From the NCBI GenBank assembly GCA_963674785.1, contig OY771555.1, positions 1,984,001 to 2,048,000 of the forward strand: a stretch of 64,000 nucleotides of DNA. The letters run 5' to 3'. The stretch is from Caldisericia bacterium (GTDB taxonomy: Bacteria > Caldisericota > Caldisericia > JAAYUI01). Positions 48,242 to 58,831 of this stretch are shown here, one piece after another. Below the pieces are notes generated by a model. It searched no databases. It was not told the origin of the DNA and saw only the letters and a list, made by a program, of their open reading frames with translations. The translations under genes and the position numbers were made by a program. Numbering within the stretch: the first letter of the stretch is position 1; the number at the start of each line of letters is the position of its first letter.

Positions 48242-49639
48242 ATGAAAGTTTTTAACACAATGAGCCGTTCCAAAGAGGAACTGGTTCCTGTAAATAAAGG
48301 TGTAGTAAATGTTTACACCTGTGGGCCAACGGTTTATTCCAGAATACACATCGGTAATTTTAAAACATTCCTTTTTGAGGATATTCTTGTTAGATACCTC
48401 AGGTATGATGGATTCAAAGTTAACCACGTCATGAACATCACTGATGTAGATGATAAAACAATCAGAGCATCCAAAGAGAGCAACACTCCACTCGATGATG
48501 TAACAAAACCATTCATAGATGCATTCTTTGCTGATATGAAAGCTCTACATATGGTAGAGGCTGACCATTTCACAAGAGCAACAAGGCATATCGAGCCAAT
48601 GGTTAAACTTGTTAAATCACTCCTTGATAATGGCTATGCCTACAAAACTCCAGACGGGAACATATACTACAGTATCTCTAAATTCAAGAATTATGGGAAG
48701 TTAGCCCATCTTGACCCATCAACACTCATGTCTGGTGCCTCAAACAGAGTTGCGTCCGATGAATACGAGAAAGACTCTGTATCAGATTTTGCCCTCTGGA
48801 AAGCATGGACAGAAGATGATGGTGAAGTCTACTGGGAAACCGAACTTGGCAAAGGAAGACCGGGCTGGCATATTGAGTGTTCAGCAATGTCCATGGAATA
48901 CCTCGGTGAGACACTCGATATTCATACAGGTGGAGTAGACAATATCTTTCCACACCATCAAAACGAAATTGCACAATCTGAGGGTGCAACAGGGAAAACA
49001 TTCTCCAAGTACTGGATGCACTCAAGACACCTGATGGTCGACGGTGCAAAAATGAGCAAGTCTCTCAAGAATTTCTACACACTCGATGACTTGAAAAAAA
49101 TGGACATCACTCCAGAAGAATTCAGATTCTTTGTTGTAACAAATCACTACCAGACAAGTCTCAATTTCACACTTGATGCTGTAAAGGCTAGCGCAAGAGG
49201 AAGAATGGGGCTTATCGAATTAGTTGCCAGACTCAAAGAGGTTCAAAACGGGAGTAGCGATGTTGATGTAGACCCAATCATCCAAAAAATGCTTGATGGT
49301 TTCAAAGCTGGGATGGATGATGATCTGAATACTCCAAAGGCTATCTCACATATCTTTGACCTTTCAAGAGAAACAAACAAACTTATCGATGAAAACAAAC
49401 TCAGTAAGGATGATGCAAACAAAATCCTTGACGCAATAAACAAAGTAAACACTGTGTTTGCATTCCTTGAAAACTCAGAAGCTGAGATCCCTAATGATAT
49501 CATGAAACTTCTTGACGAAAGAGCAGATGCCAGAAAAACAAAAAACTGGGCAAAGTCGGACGAGATAAGAGATAAACTTGATGAGATGGGTTATACTGTA
49601 AAAGACGGCCCACAGGGACAGAGAGTCACTCGTAAATGA
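48242..49639 (+). CDS. cysS: Cysteine--tRNA ligase
   Basis: CGPTVY, HIGN, GRPGWHIECS, KMSKS. Confidence 0.98.
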   Translation: MKVFNTMSRSKEELVPVNKGVVNVYTCGPTVYSRIHIGNFKTFLFEDILVRYLRYDGFKVNHVMNITDVDDKTIRASKESNTPLDDVTKPFIDAFFADMKALHMVEADHFTRATRHIEPMVKLVKSLLDNGYAYKTPDGNIYYSISKFKNYGKLAHLDPSTLMSGASNRVASDEYEKDSVSDFALWKAWTEDDGEVYWETELGKGRPGWHIECSAMSMEYLGETLDIHTGGVDNIFPHHQNEIAQSEGATGKTFSKYWMHSRHLMVDGAKMSKSLKNFYTLDDLKKMDITPEEFRFFVVTNHYQTSLNFTLDAVKASARGRMGLIELVARLKEVQNGSSDVDVDPIIQKMLDGFKAGMDDDLNTPKAISHIFDLSRETNKLIDENKLSKDDANKILDAINKVNTVFAFLENSEAEIPNDIMKLLDERADARKTKNWAKSDEIRDKLDEMGYTVKDGPQGQRVTRK

Positions 49640-50352
49640 GCGAAAACCAGATTGCTGGTAAAAATTCGATCCTTGAGGCTCTCAAATCCGGTACACCAGT
49701 AAACAGAATCTATATAAGAGATACCCTGAAATTTGATGAAACAATAAGAAGGATAACAAGACTTGCAAAAGAGAATGGCGTTCCATTTGACGTTGTAAAT
49801 AGCAGCAGATTGAAAAGTATCTCAAAAAATGGTCGGGATATTATCGCAACAATCTCACCTGTTAATTACTTCGAACTTGAAGAAGTTTTAAGCCAACTAG
49901 AAGAAAAGGCTGTACTTATCATTCTTGACCAAATCACTGATCCATACAATCTGGGAGCGGTAATCAGGTCAGCTGAATGCTTTGGAGCTGATGCTGTAAT
50001 AATCTCCAAGAGATCATCATGCCCAATAACTTCAGTTGTTACAAAAGCATCTGCCGGTGCCCTTCTTCACGTGCCGATTGTCAGAGTTACAAACATTTCA
50101 AACACAATAGACACACTTAAGAAACACGGTTTCTGGGTTTATGGAACATCACCAAATGCTTATGACTCAATAGTTGGATATGAATTTGCAGAAAGAACGG
50201 GCATCGTGATTGGTTCTGAGGGAAAAGGAATGCGAGACTCTGTAACCAAACACTGTGACATTTTACTTAAAATTCCAATGCATGGGAGCTTAAACTCCTT
50301 GAATGCATCGGTTTCTTCAGGGATACTATTATACGAAATAACAAGGGGGTAA
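49636..50352 (+). CDS. rlmB: 23S rRNA (G2251-2'-O)-methyltransferase
   Basis: DPYNLGAVIRSA, GSEGKG, IPM..SLNASV; cysS-rlmB synteny. Confidence 0.93.
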   Translation: MSENQIAGKNSILEALKSGTPVNRIYIRDTLKFDETIRRITRLAKENGVPFDVVNSSRLKSISKNGRDIIATISPVNYFELEEVLSQLEEKAVLIILDQITDPYNLGAVIRSAECFGADAVIISKRSSCPITSVVTKASAGALLHVPIVRVTNISNTIDTLKKHGFWVYGTSPNAYDSIVGYEFAERTGIVIGSEGKGMRDSVTKHCDILLKIPMHGSLNSLNASVSSGILLYEITRG

Positions 50353-50359
50353 ATCACGC

Positions 50360-51343
50360 ATGAAGATCGTTTTTGATCTCAACAGTAACGTTCCTTTCTA
50401 TAGGATGCCGTCTGATATTTTTGCCGCACTTGTCGAAACACTTCCAGAACACAAACTCCTAAGAGTCAAACACAAAGACCTTGATAGAGAAATCGAAGAT
50501 GCTGACATTGTTGTAAGTTATTGGCTCCCCCCAAATATTTTCAAAAAAGCGAAGAATCTCAAAGCTATTTTCTATGCAATTGATGGTGTTGGATATGAAC
50601 ATCTTTATCCGGAAATTCTGGATTCTGATGTTATTGTGACAAACTCAGGTGGATGCAGAAGTCAAGCGATTGCTGAACACGCTTTCGCACTTATGCTTTC
50701 TTCAAGCAGACAGATAGTAAAATCAAATTCAAGAATGAAGGCAAAAGACTGGTGGGGCAATTCCCTTGCAACAGATGGCTACGTACCCTTCGAGATTTCA
50801 GGAAAAACAATTGCTATTCTGGGACTCGGAAGAGTTGGTAAACGTATAGCGAAAATTGCCAAACTGGGGTTTTCAATGAAAACCCTTGGAATCAAAAGAA
50901 TCCAAGAACCAGTTGAATTTGTAGATGAAGTTTATTCAATGAGCAGCCTACTTGATGTTTTAGCAAAATCAAACATTGTCGTATGTGCACTCCCAAAGAC
51001 TGAACTAACCGAGTTATCCCTCAACAGCAGAGCATTGTCTCAAATAAACAGTGTCAGCATTTTTGTAAACATATCACGTGGAGACCTTGTTGATGAAGAG
51101 GCTTTGATATCATCAATAAAAGCGGGGAGAATTGCCAATGCTGGGCTTGATGTTTTTGACACTGAGCCAATTGACCCCAACTCTCCGCTTCTTTCGATGC
51201 CGCAGATAATCACAACACCGCATTCAGCAGGAATGACACCCGAATTCTGGCCAAGATTTGCAAGGCTTGTACGTGAAAATATCATCAGAATGAGTAAATC
51301 TGAAACCCCAACAAACATAGTTGACAAACAGCTGGGTTATTAA
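50360..51343 (+). CDS. D-2-hydroxyacid dehydrogenase family protein
   Basis: IAEHA, GLGRVG, NISRG, LDVF..EP, TPHSAG. Confidence 0.9.
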   Translation: MKIVFDLNSNVPFYRMPSDIFAALVETLPEHKLLRVKHKDLDREIEDADIVVSYWLPPNIFKKAKNLKAIFYAIDGVGYEHLYPEILDSDVIVTNSGGCRSQAIAEHAFALMLSSSRQIVKSNSRMKAKDWWGNSLATDGYVPFEISGKTIAILGLGRVGKRIAKIAKLGFSMKTLGIKRIQEPVEFVDEVYSMSSLLDVLAKSNIVVCALPKTELTELSLNSRALSQINSVSIFVNISRGDLVDEEALISSIKAGRIANAGLDVFDTEPIDPNSPLLSMPQIITTPHSAGMTPEFWPRFARLVRENIIRMSKSETPTNIVDKQLGY

Positions 51344-51358
51344 TCGTCCCGAAAGGAG

Positions 51359-52279
51359 ATGCGAATGGTTCTTGACTGGTTATATTCACCTTACCGCTCT
51401 GGGGGTTGGATCGCAAGAGAGGCTGCAGAAATCTACGGATTAAAGCTCAAAGAATGGAAACTCTCAGAAATAAAAGATGCCGGACTTGTAATGCTCCCAA
51501 TGCACATCACAAAAACTGTAAAGGAAATTCGCAATGATCATCTCCACACAAGTATTCAAGGTGCTGAGCCTCAGTTTTTCCTGGATAGAAAACCAATCGG
51601 CACCCATCTAAACTGGGAATCCTTATCATTTACACTCGAGAATGCTGGGCTTAAAGCAAGCCGCAAGCCAAACATCCCAGAAACAACCTCACATCCGAGA
51701 CTCGAATCAAATAGAAGCGACCCTGCTGTAATGGTAAAACCAGTCACCCAAAGAGACATTGCAGGCCAAGGGCTTCCATCACCAACACCGTGTGTCGATT
51801 CGAGATTTGGTATACTTGGTAGTCCCGAGGTCACCGATTTTTTACTTGAAAAAACAAGACAATATGGAAGGGCGATGTCCATAGCCTTCATTGGTGCAGA
51901 GGTAGCAGGATACATCACCCACTTTCCAAAACCAGTTTGCTGGCGAATTGGTTGCAGACACGTTACAAATGTACAAGACATTAAAACCCTTCAAATAATT
52001 GATTTTTATGTATACCCTAAATTCAGGGATAGGGATGATGTAAAAGAGAAACTTCTTGTCCACACTCATGGTTTCGGGAAAAAATCGAGGCTCAATAAAA
52101 TCGAGGTTTTTGCGTCTACAAAAAAACCTGGAAATCCTGATAATGAAATCGCAACAGGCGACATGAAACCTTATATTGATTTTGGCTTCTTAAAAAGAAG
52201 AGAGGTTGTTCCTGTGAATGAAAAATCAAACAACCTGGAAGAAAAATACGGAATAACTCATCTTACTTTCTCAATATGA
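51359..52279 (+). CDS. Hypothetical protein, possible C-terminal GNAT fold
   Basis: FYVYPKFR..LL..Y..FGF pattern; GGAG SD. Confidence 0.6.
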   Translation: MRMVLDWLYSPYRSGGWIAREAAEIYGLKLKEWKLSEIKDAGLVMLPMHITKTVKEIRNDHLHTSIQGAEPQFFLDRKPIGTHLNWESLSFTLENAGLKASRKPNIPETTSHPRLESNRSDPAVMVKPVTQRDIAGQGLPSPTPCVDSRFGILGSPEVTDFLLEKTRQYGRAMSIAFIGAEVAGYITHFPKPVCWRIGCRHVTNVQDIKTLQIIDFYVYPKFRDRDDVKEKLLVHTHGFGKKSRLNKIEVFASTKKPGNPDNEIATGDMKPYIDFGFLKRREVVPVNEKSNNLEEKYGITHLTFSI

Positions 52280-52671
52280 TCAGAGTTGATAAGAATCATT
52301 TTTCCGAATTAATCGAAGAGGCATGGAACAATTTGCCGTCTGAATGGCAGGAAAAACTTGCTGATGCAAACATTTCATATCAGGTCATGAATTTCGCAAC
52401 CCCCGAGATTCTTCAAAAAATGAATATTCCAAATTCAATGAGTTTGCTTGGGTTGTATACTGGAACCCCAATTACAGCAAGACCAAGTTTTTCACCCTAC
52501 TCATGGCCAGATAGAATTCTTCTTTTTCAGATTCCAATTCAAAGCAGGGCAAGAAATTTAGATCATCTGAAAGAGATTATCGCCCATGTTCTCTATCATG
52601 AGATTGGGCATTATTTTGGTATGGATGAAGACCAACTCCATGAAGCCCAAAAGAAAAATAACCCGCTTTAG
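52276..52671 (+). CDS. Zincin-like metallopeptidase (DUF1025)
   Basis: LLGLYTG.P, PDRILLF, HEIGHYFG. Confidence 0.9.
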   Translation: MIRVDKNHFSELIEEAWNNLPSEWQEKLADANISYQVMNFATPEILQKMNIPNSMSLLGLYTGTPITARPSFSPYSWPDRILLFQIPIQSRARNLDHLKEIIAHVLYHEIGHYFGMDEDQLHEAQKKNNPL

Positions 52672-54920
52672 TCACCAATCAAATCATTCAAAATCTTGAT
52701 TGTTATTGCCTTTGATGATGGGGCACCGATGCTTGGTGGCCCAACACACGCGGGGCATCCATCTTTGCATTTGCAGGATTTCACAATATCCCTTGCCATG
52801 AAAAGAACCTGTTTACCCATGTCAAAGATGTTTTCTGACAAGCCAACACCACCTGCATTTGTTTCATAGACAAAAATCGTGGGCAATCTGAAGTGTGGGG
52901 ACTTAACCATAACATGCAGAGCAAGGTCTTTTGGGTCACACATGAGGTTTATTGGTAAGATTCCAATAAGAAGGTTACCAATCCCCTGAAGTCCCAACCC
53001 TAGCTCTGATTGGGTGTATTTCATCTCAAGATTGGCATCGAGGTTCAACCACCACGAGGTTGTATCCATAGGCATCTCGGGAAGATGTATCTCCCCCCAG
53101 CCGAGGTTTTCGTGTGTTGACATCTTTACTTTCTTAAAAACCGATGTCAATGCAGTAACTGAAACCTCACCAGAACCTACCTTAAATACATCAAACTCAG
53201 ATTCACTATTTTCTCTTAAAACAGAAACAGATACCTGAAGATTTGCATCCGTAAAATAGTCGACCTTAACCCTTCTTATGAAAGCTTTTCGCTCATTAAA
53301 ATCAAGTTTATCAACATGATAAGTCACGCCCTCATGGATATAAATAGCCTGGTCATGAACAAGCATCGGTGCTGAGAACATGTCTATCTCACCGATTGTT
53401 CTACCAGATGATACATCATGAATTGTAACATTCCCCTCAGATGCATTCCTCAAAGAAATCTCATCTGCTGGATATTTATCTGTCATCCAAAACCATCTTC
53501 CATTTGAATGATTAATAATTCCGTTTTCCCTTAGATGATCAAGAATTGGTGTAATCTCTGCGGTTCCAAATCTTTCCCCATCAACAAAAGGAAGCTCAAA
53601 CGCTGCGCATTTGATGTGTGAGATCATAACATAGAGATTGTCTGGGTTGATCAGACCAGACTCCGGTGAAGATTCAATTAGAAATTTCGGATGTGAGAAA
53701 ATATACTGGTCAAGTGGATTATTCGATAACACCAGTATCCCCAGACTTGATTGCTGTTTTCTACCTGCCCTTCCAATCTGCTGTCTTAGACTTGCAATAG
53801 AACCGGGATAACCAGCGATTACAGCTGCCTCGAGTTGACCTATGTCGATTCCAAGTTCAAGAGCGTTTGTTGAAACAACACCAAGAACAGAACCGTCTCT
53901 TAAACCTTTTTCTATTTCTCTTCTTTCAAGGGGAAGATAACCCCCCCTATAACCCCTAATTTTGTCCTGAGAGATGTTTAATCTTTTGACTCCATCTTTA
54001 AGAAGACTCAAAATCTGTTCAACACTAACACGGCTTCTTGCAAAAACAATTGTTTGAATCTCATCCTTTAAGCAATCGAGTGCAAACCTTACCGCTTCAA
54101 ATGTAACTGATTTTCTGAATCCCATCTGAGCATCAACAACCGGCGGATTATAGATGAATAGGTAGTTATCACCATGGGGTGATCCATCCTTGTCAACTAC
54201 CTCAACATCCTCTTCGATAATCTTACTTGCAAGATCGGCTGGATTATTAATTGTCGCTGAAGACATAATAAACTGTGGATGACTTCCGTAGAAATTTGCG
54301 ATTCTTTTTAGACGCCTAATAACATTTGCCAGATGGGAACCAAAAACTCCCCTGTACTGATGAAGCTCATCAATGATTATGTAATCGAGATTTTCAAACA
54401 ACTGAGTCCACTTTGTGTGATGGGGAAGAATTGCTGTATGCAACATATCAGGGTTTGTCAGGATTATTGATCCGCTTTTTCTTAGAACCTGGCGAATATT
54501 TGGTGGAGTATCCCCGTCATAGGTGTGCATCTGTTTCTTTAACCCAACCTCTTCCATCAGCTGTTTCAATCCGGTTGACTGATCCGAAGATAAAGCTTTT
54601 GTTGGAAACAAATACAACGATCTTGACTCGGCTTTTATGGCAAGCTTTGACAACACCGGGACATTGTAACAAAGAGTCTTGCCTGAGGCAGTAGCCGTGG
54701 CTATTACAACATTTTTTCCAGATTGAGCAAGCTTTATAGCCTCGGCTTGGTGGGAGTAAAGAGAATTTATTCCCATTTTTGATAAACCAACTCTTATCAC
54801 TTCAGGAATAAAAGCTGGTATTTCAGAAAATTCACCATCTCTACTTTTGAAGTGTATCAAAGTCAGTCTATCACTGGATTCTCTTTGATATATCTGTGTA
54901 ACAATATCCGCTACTTCCAT
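52668..54920 (-). CDS. DEAD/DEAH helicase with DUF1998 (MrfA/Hrq1-like)
   Basis: TASGKT, DELH, LELGIDIG, GRAGR, CKCKDGCPAC. Confidence 0.93.
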   Translation of the reverse strand: MEVADIVTQIYQRESSDRLTLIHFKSRDGEFSEIPAFIPEVIRVGLSKMGINSLYSHQAEAIKLAQSGKNVVIATATASGKTLCYNVPVLSKLAIKAESRSLYLFPTKALSSDQSTGLKQLMEEVGLKKQMHTYDGDTPPNIRQVLRKSGSIILTNPDMLHTAILPHHTKWTQLFENLDYIIIDELHQYRGVFGSHLANVIRRLKRIANFYGSHPQFIMSSATINNPADLASKIIEEDVEVVDKDGSPHGDNYLFIYNPPVVDAQMGFRKSVTFEAVRFALDCLKDEIQTIVFARSRVSVEQILSLLKDGVKRLNISQDKIRGYRGGYLPLERREIEKGLRDGSVLGVVSTNALELGIDIGQLEAAVIAGYPGSIASLRQQIGRAGRKQQSSLGILVLSNNPLDQYIFSHPKFLIESSPESGLINPDNLYVMISHIKCAAFELPFVDGERFGTAEITPILDHLRENGIINHSNGRWFWMTDKYPADEISLRNASEGNVTIHDVSSGRTIGEIDMFSAPMLVHDQAIYIHEGVTYHVDKLDFNERKAFIRRVKVDYFTDANLQVSVSVLRENSESEFDVFKVGSGEVSVTALTSVFKKVKMSTHENLGWGEIHLPEMPMDTTSWWLNLDANLEMKYTQSELGLGLQGIGNLLIGILPINLMCDPKDLALHVMVKSPHFRLPTIFVYETNAGGVGLSENIFDMGKQVLFMARDIVKSCKCKDGCPACVGPPSIGAPSSKAITIKILNDLIGD

Positions 54921-55071
54921 GGATTACACGATATCATTTTCGGATTATTAGTCAATGTTTAACACAAACAGCCTATTATAAAGCGTTACTTCATATCACA
55001 ATCTTGACAGTATGATAATTAATCGGTAATTATATCGGTCAAAATGCGTGCTTAGAAATTTAACGAGGTGA

Positions 55072-56574
55072 TTGAAAGTGCTGAACATGTTTGAAGAAGA
55101 AGTTGAGAGAAAAGAAGAGACCGCAGAAGAAACTGCAAAAGTCGAAACCACAGCGAGTGAAACTGTGACCCAGGAAACCCCATCAGAAGAACCCAAAAGT
55201 ACAGGTGTATCTGAAGATGAAGGCAATGAGTTCATCAAATCAGTGATGAGCGAAGCTGTTTCCGACATCGAAACCAAGAGTATGAAGCGTGGAGATATCC
55301 TTGACGCAACAATCGTTAAGGTAACACCAGACGGATTGCTTGTTGATGTTGGTCAGAAATCAGAAGGGTTCATCTCCGTAAGAGAGATTTCAAGAAACAA
55401 CCCTGAGCTTCCATTAGATGAAGAATTCCACCCAGGTGACACTGTAAGATGCAAAGTCATGAAAACTGGTGAAGATGATGGAACACTCCTCTTGTCAAAG
55501 AAGAGAGCTGATTTCGAATTGATCTGGGACAGACTTAATGAAGCAAAAGAAAAAAAGGAGATTCTCTCAACAACAGGCACAAAAGCCGTTAAGGGCGGAA
55601 TCCTTGTTGATCTTGGCGTTACCGCATTCATTCCACGTTCATTAATTGAAACAAGGAAAAATGCTGATCCAAAAAAATGGATCGGAAAAGAAATGCGTGT
55701 CAGAGTCATCGAAGTCGACCGTGCAACAAGAAGAGTCGTTTGCTCACAGAAAGAAGTTCTTGAAGAAGAGAAAAACACAAGAAGACATGAATTCATCAAG
55801 AATCTCGAAGTTGGCGAGCTTTATGAGGGTAAAGTTGTCAGCATTGTTGAGTTCGGAGCATTCGTTGACCTTGGAGAAAAAGTTGAAGGACTCATTCATC
55901 TTTCAGAACTCTCTTGGGGTTCAAGAAAGGCACCAAAAGACCTTCTTAAAAAGGGTGAAGGTGTAACAGTCAAACTTCTCAAGATTGCAGATGGCGGAGA
56001 TAGAATTTCCCTTTCACTCAGACAGGCAAAACCACATCCATGGGAACTTGTTCCATACAAGTACTCAGCAGATGACGAAGTCGAAGGAACAATCTCAAAG
56101 CTTCTTAAGTTTGGTGCCATTGTTGAGCTTGAAGAGGGAATTTCAGGTCTTCTTCATATCTCACAAATCGCTCATCATAGAGTTGAGAGAGTCGACAGCG
56201 AGATTTCAGAAGGACAGAAAGTCAAATGTAAAATCATTGACATTCAGCCTGAGGAAAGAAAAATCAGACTCTCCATGAAAGCTCTTCTTGACGCACCAGA
56301 AAGACCGCCAAGAAAAAGACGTTTCGATAACGAACCAACTGAAGAGGAAAAATACCTTCAGGAATTCGCTCGTGACGGTGGCGACCCATCTGTCAGATTT
56401 ATGTCAGAAAGCGACCTCGAAAAAGAAAACCGAGATGTCCTTGAAGCAGTAAGTATTGAAGACGATGTTGCAGCATCAACCACAACAGAAACTCCAGCAA
56501 CTGAAAGTGAAGCTCCAACTACAGAAAATGGATCAGCAACATTCAAACCTGACGAAGAAGGAAAAGAAGAATAA
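55072..56574 (+). CDS. rpsA: 30S ribosomal protein S1 (4 S1 domains, acidic termini)
   Basis: VDVGQKSEG, KGGILVD, FGAFVDLG..EGLIHLSEL, GLLHISQI; start uncertain (55072-55087). Confidence 0.9.
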   Translation: MKVLNMFEEEVERKEETAEETAKVETTASETVTQETPSEEPKSTGVSEDEGNEFIKSVMSEAVSDIETKSMKRGDILDATIVKVTPDGLLVDVGQKSEGFISVREISRNNPELPLDEEFHPGDTVRCKVMKTGEDDGTLLLSKKRADFELIWDRLNEAKEKKEILSTTGTKAVKGGILVDLGVTAFIPRSLIETRKNADPKKWIGKEMRVRVIEVDRATRRVVCSQKEVLEEEKNTRRHEFIKNLEVGELYEGKVVSIVEFGAFVDLGEKVEGLIHLSELSWGSRKAPKDLLKKGEGVTVKLLKIADGGDRISLSLRQAKPHPWELVPYKYSADDEVEGTISKLLKFGAIVELEEGISGLLHISQIAHHRVERVDSEISEGQKVKCKIIDIQPEERKIRLSMKALLDAPERPPRKRRFDNEPTEEEKYLQEFARDGGDPSVRFMSESDLEKENRDVLEAVSIEDDVAASTTTETPATESEAPTTENGSATFKPDEEGKEE

Positions 56575-56608
56575 GCACAATTTTTGACTCAAAGATCAAA
56601 TATGAAAC

Positions 56609-56649
56609 AAACAAAACCCAGTGTCTGTAATGGAACTGGGTTTTGTTTT
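56609..56649 (+). terminator. Intrinsic terminator after rpsA
   Basis: AAACAAAACCCAGT...ACTGGGTTTTGTTT. Confidence 0.75.
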
Positions 56650-56706
56650 ATTTTTGGACAAAACTAAGATAATTCCATGATGTATAGATCGAAAGGAGAT
56701 TTTTTT

Positions 56707-57456
56707 ATGAAAAAAATCACAGCAATATTGGCAGTTTTGATGGCAGTCGTCCTTGTGGCATCCTGCGGCGCAAAGACAAATACAGAAAAAGTAGAGATTG
56801 AGACTGAACCAGTCAAAAAAATTGAAGAAACCAAAAAGGTTGAAGAAAAGAAAGAAATCGAAGAGCTCAAAAAAACATCAGAAGAAAAAGCTGTTGAAGA
56901 AAAGATCGAAGAGCCAACAAAACCTGTCGAGGAAAAAGCAGAGGAACCAGCACCTGAAACAGGTAGCAAAGGAATTGTTGCAGTTTTTGAAACAAATTAT
57001 GGAACATATGAAGTAACTCTTTGGACAGGCAAAGCACCAATCGCAGCTGGGAATATGGTTGATAAAATAAAAGCCGGATTCTTTGACGGTCTCACATTCC
57101 ACCGCGTTGTAAAAGGTTTTGTCATCCAGGGCGGAGATCCACTCGGAACAGGAACCGGTGGCGGAAACATGAATGTTGATCCAAAATTTACAGGCTCATC
57201 AAATGTAAGAGGAACAATTGCAATGGCATCCTCGACAACAGGAAACCCAATGCCATATCAGTCAGATGCACAGTTCTTTATTAACCTGGGTGACAATTCT
57301 GGTCTTGATGGATATGGGTTTATCGCTTTTGGTGAAGTCACAAAAGGCATGGATGTCGTTGATAAAATTGCAAATGTTGAGACTTCAGTTGGCGCAAGTG
57401 GCGAAAAATCCACACCAGTTCAGCCCGTACTTATAAACAAGGCATACATAAAATAA
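56707..57456 (+). CDS. Cyclophilin-type PPIase lipoprotein 1 (Glu/Lys-rich linker)
   Basis: LVASC lipobox; FHRVVKGFVIQGGD, RGTIAMA, QFFIN. Confidence 0.92.
   Translation: MKKITAILAVLMAVVLVASCGAKTNTEKVEIETEPVKKIEETKKVEEKKEIEELKKTSEEKAVEEKIEEPTKPVEEKAEEPAPETGSKGIVAVFETNYGTYEVTLWTGKAPIAAGNMVDKIKAGFFDGLTFHRVVKGFVIQGGDPLGTGTGGGNMNVDPKFTGSSNVRGTIAMASSTTGNPMPYQSDAQFFINLGDNSGLDGYGFIAFGEVTKGMDVVDKIANVETSVGASGEKSTPVQPVLINKAYIK
57109..57420 (+). repeat. Near-identical 312-bp segment shared with 57859..58170
   Basis: Offset 750; five differences by my reading, all synonymous third-codon positions. Confidence 0.85.
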
Positions 57457-57472
57457 GAGAAAATCGTTTTTT

Positions 57473-57510
57473 AAAAAAAGGATGCTCAATTAACCAGGGG
57501 CATCCTTTTT
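57473..57510 (+). terminator. Intrinsic terminator
   Basis: AAAAAGGATGC...GCATCCTTTTT. Confidence 0.75.
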
Positions 57511-57630
57511 ATTTTTATCACTTATAAAAAAGCAGGGCTAAAATCAAAGTCAATGTTCGATTTTGTTGTTTTAATGTGTATCTCTATAATATAATTCGGA
57601 AGAAAGTTCGATTTTGAAAGGAGTCTTTCT

Positions 57631-58206
57631 ATGAAAAAAATTGCAACAATAATGGCTGTTCTATTGGTCGCAGTTATGGTTATATCATGTGGTGGAGGCA
57701 AAACAATGTCAGATGCTGAAAATAAAGTCGTAGTTTTTGAAACAAATTATGGAACATACGAAGTAACAGTTTGGATGGGTAAAGCACCAATCGCAGCTGG
57801 AAACCTTGTTGACAAGGCTGAGGATGGATTTTTTAATAACCTCACTTTCCACCGTGTCGTAAAAGGTTTTGTCATCCAGGGCGGAGATCCACTCGGAACA
57901 GGAACTGGTGGCGGAAACATGAATGTTGATCCAAAATTTACAGGCTCATCAAATGTAAGAGGAACAATTGCAATGGCATCCTCGACAACAGGAAACCCAA
58001 TGCCATATCAGTCAGATGCACAGTTCTTTATTAACCTCGGTGACAATTCTGGTCTTGATGGATATGGATTTATAGCTTTTGGCGAAGTCACAAAAGGCAT
58101 GGATGTCGTTGATAAAATTGCAAATGTTGAGACTTCAGTTGGCGCAAGTGGCGAAAAATCCACACCAGTTGAACCAGTAGTCATCAACAAGGCATATGTC
58201 AAATAA
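57631..58206 (+). CDS. Cyclophilin-type PPIase lipoprotein 2
   Basis: VISC lipobox; same catalytic motifs as lipoprotein 1. Confidence 0.92.
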   Translation: MKKIATIMAVLLVAVMVISCGGGKTMSDAENKVVVFETNYGTYEVTVWMGKAPIAAGNLVDKAEDGFFNNLTFHRVVKGFVIQGGDPLGTGTGGGNMNVDPKFTGSSNVRGTIAMASSTTGNPMPYQSDAQFFINLGDNSGLDGYGFIAFGEVTKGMDVVDKIANVETSVGASGEKSTPVEPVVINKAYVK

Positions 58207-58828
58207 AAGCTTTTTTTCAAAAGTAACAATCATCACCCTGCTTGCTGTAACTATTGCAGTGGCAGGGTGTACTCCTAGTATATCAGAAAGAAAAAGCGAA
58301 CAGCCTTCTGAGGATATGGTTGTTGTGTTTAACACATCTGAAGGCGATATTGAGATTTCTCTGTTACCAAAAAATGCCCCAATCGCCTGCAAAAACTTTT
58401 TGAAGTGGTGTGAGGGTATCGAGATTCCTGGCTCTGATTACACTGATTCTCTTTATCTTGGAAATAATTTCTACAATGTTGAACCAAACCTCTTTATTCA
58501 AACAGGTGATGTCTTCAATCAGGGCAAGGGTGCAGAGATATTTGAATTCGAATACGAGAAAACATATGTCTCAGCGGTTGTCGGCTCCGTCTTTTTTGTA
58601 AAAGACATAGAATCAAACACAAATAACTCAATCTTTGCAATCCTTCTTCGCGACAATCCAAAACTCGAAGATGTCTACACAATCTTTGGAAGAGTTACAG
58701 ATGGGCTTGATATCTGTTACAAAATAAGTAATGTTCCCACAACAAAAGACGAAACTTTAGGAATCAAAGTCCCAAACAAAGATATAAAAATAAACTCCGT
58801 AAAGATAAAAAACGCTGAGGAAGAATAG
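58196..58828 (+). CDS. Divergent cyclophilin-like lipoprotein 3
   Basis: VAGC lipobox; TSEGDI..APIACKNF, FYNV..FIQTGD, YTIFGRV.DG. Confidence 0.8.
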   Translation: MSNKSFFSKVTIITLLAVTIAVAGCTPSISERKSEQPSEDMVVVFNTSEGDIEISLLPKNAPIACKNFLKWCEGIEIPGSDYTDSLYLGNNFYNVEPNLFIQTGDVFNQGKGAEIFEFEYEKTYVSAVVGSVFFVKDIESNTNNSIFAILLRDNPKLEDVYTIFGRVTDGLDICYKISNVPTTKDETLGIKVPNKDIKINSVKIKNAEEE

Positions 58829-58831
58829 TAA

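Noticed and set aside
48227-48242. T-box before cysS
   Set aside because: cysS starts 4 nt after the upstream gene; there is no leader
57091-58206. Cyclophilin repeat pair as DGR template/variable repeat
   Set aside because: Differences are synonymous third-position changes, not adenine-specific, and there is no reverse transcriptase in the window
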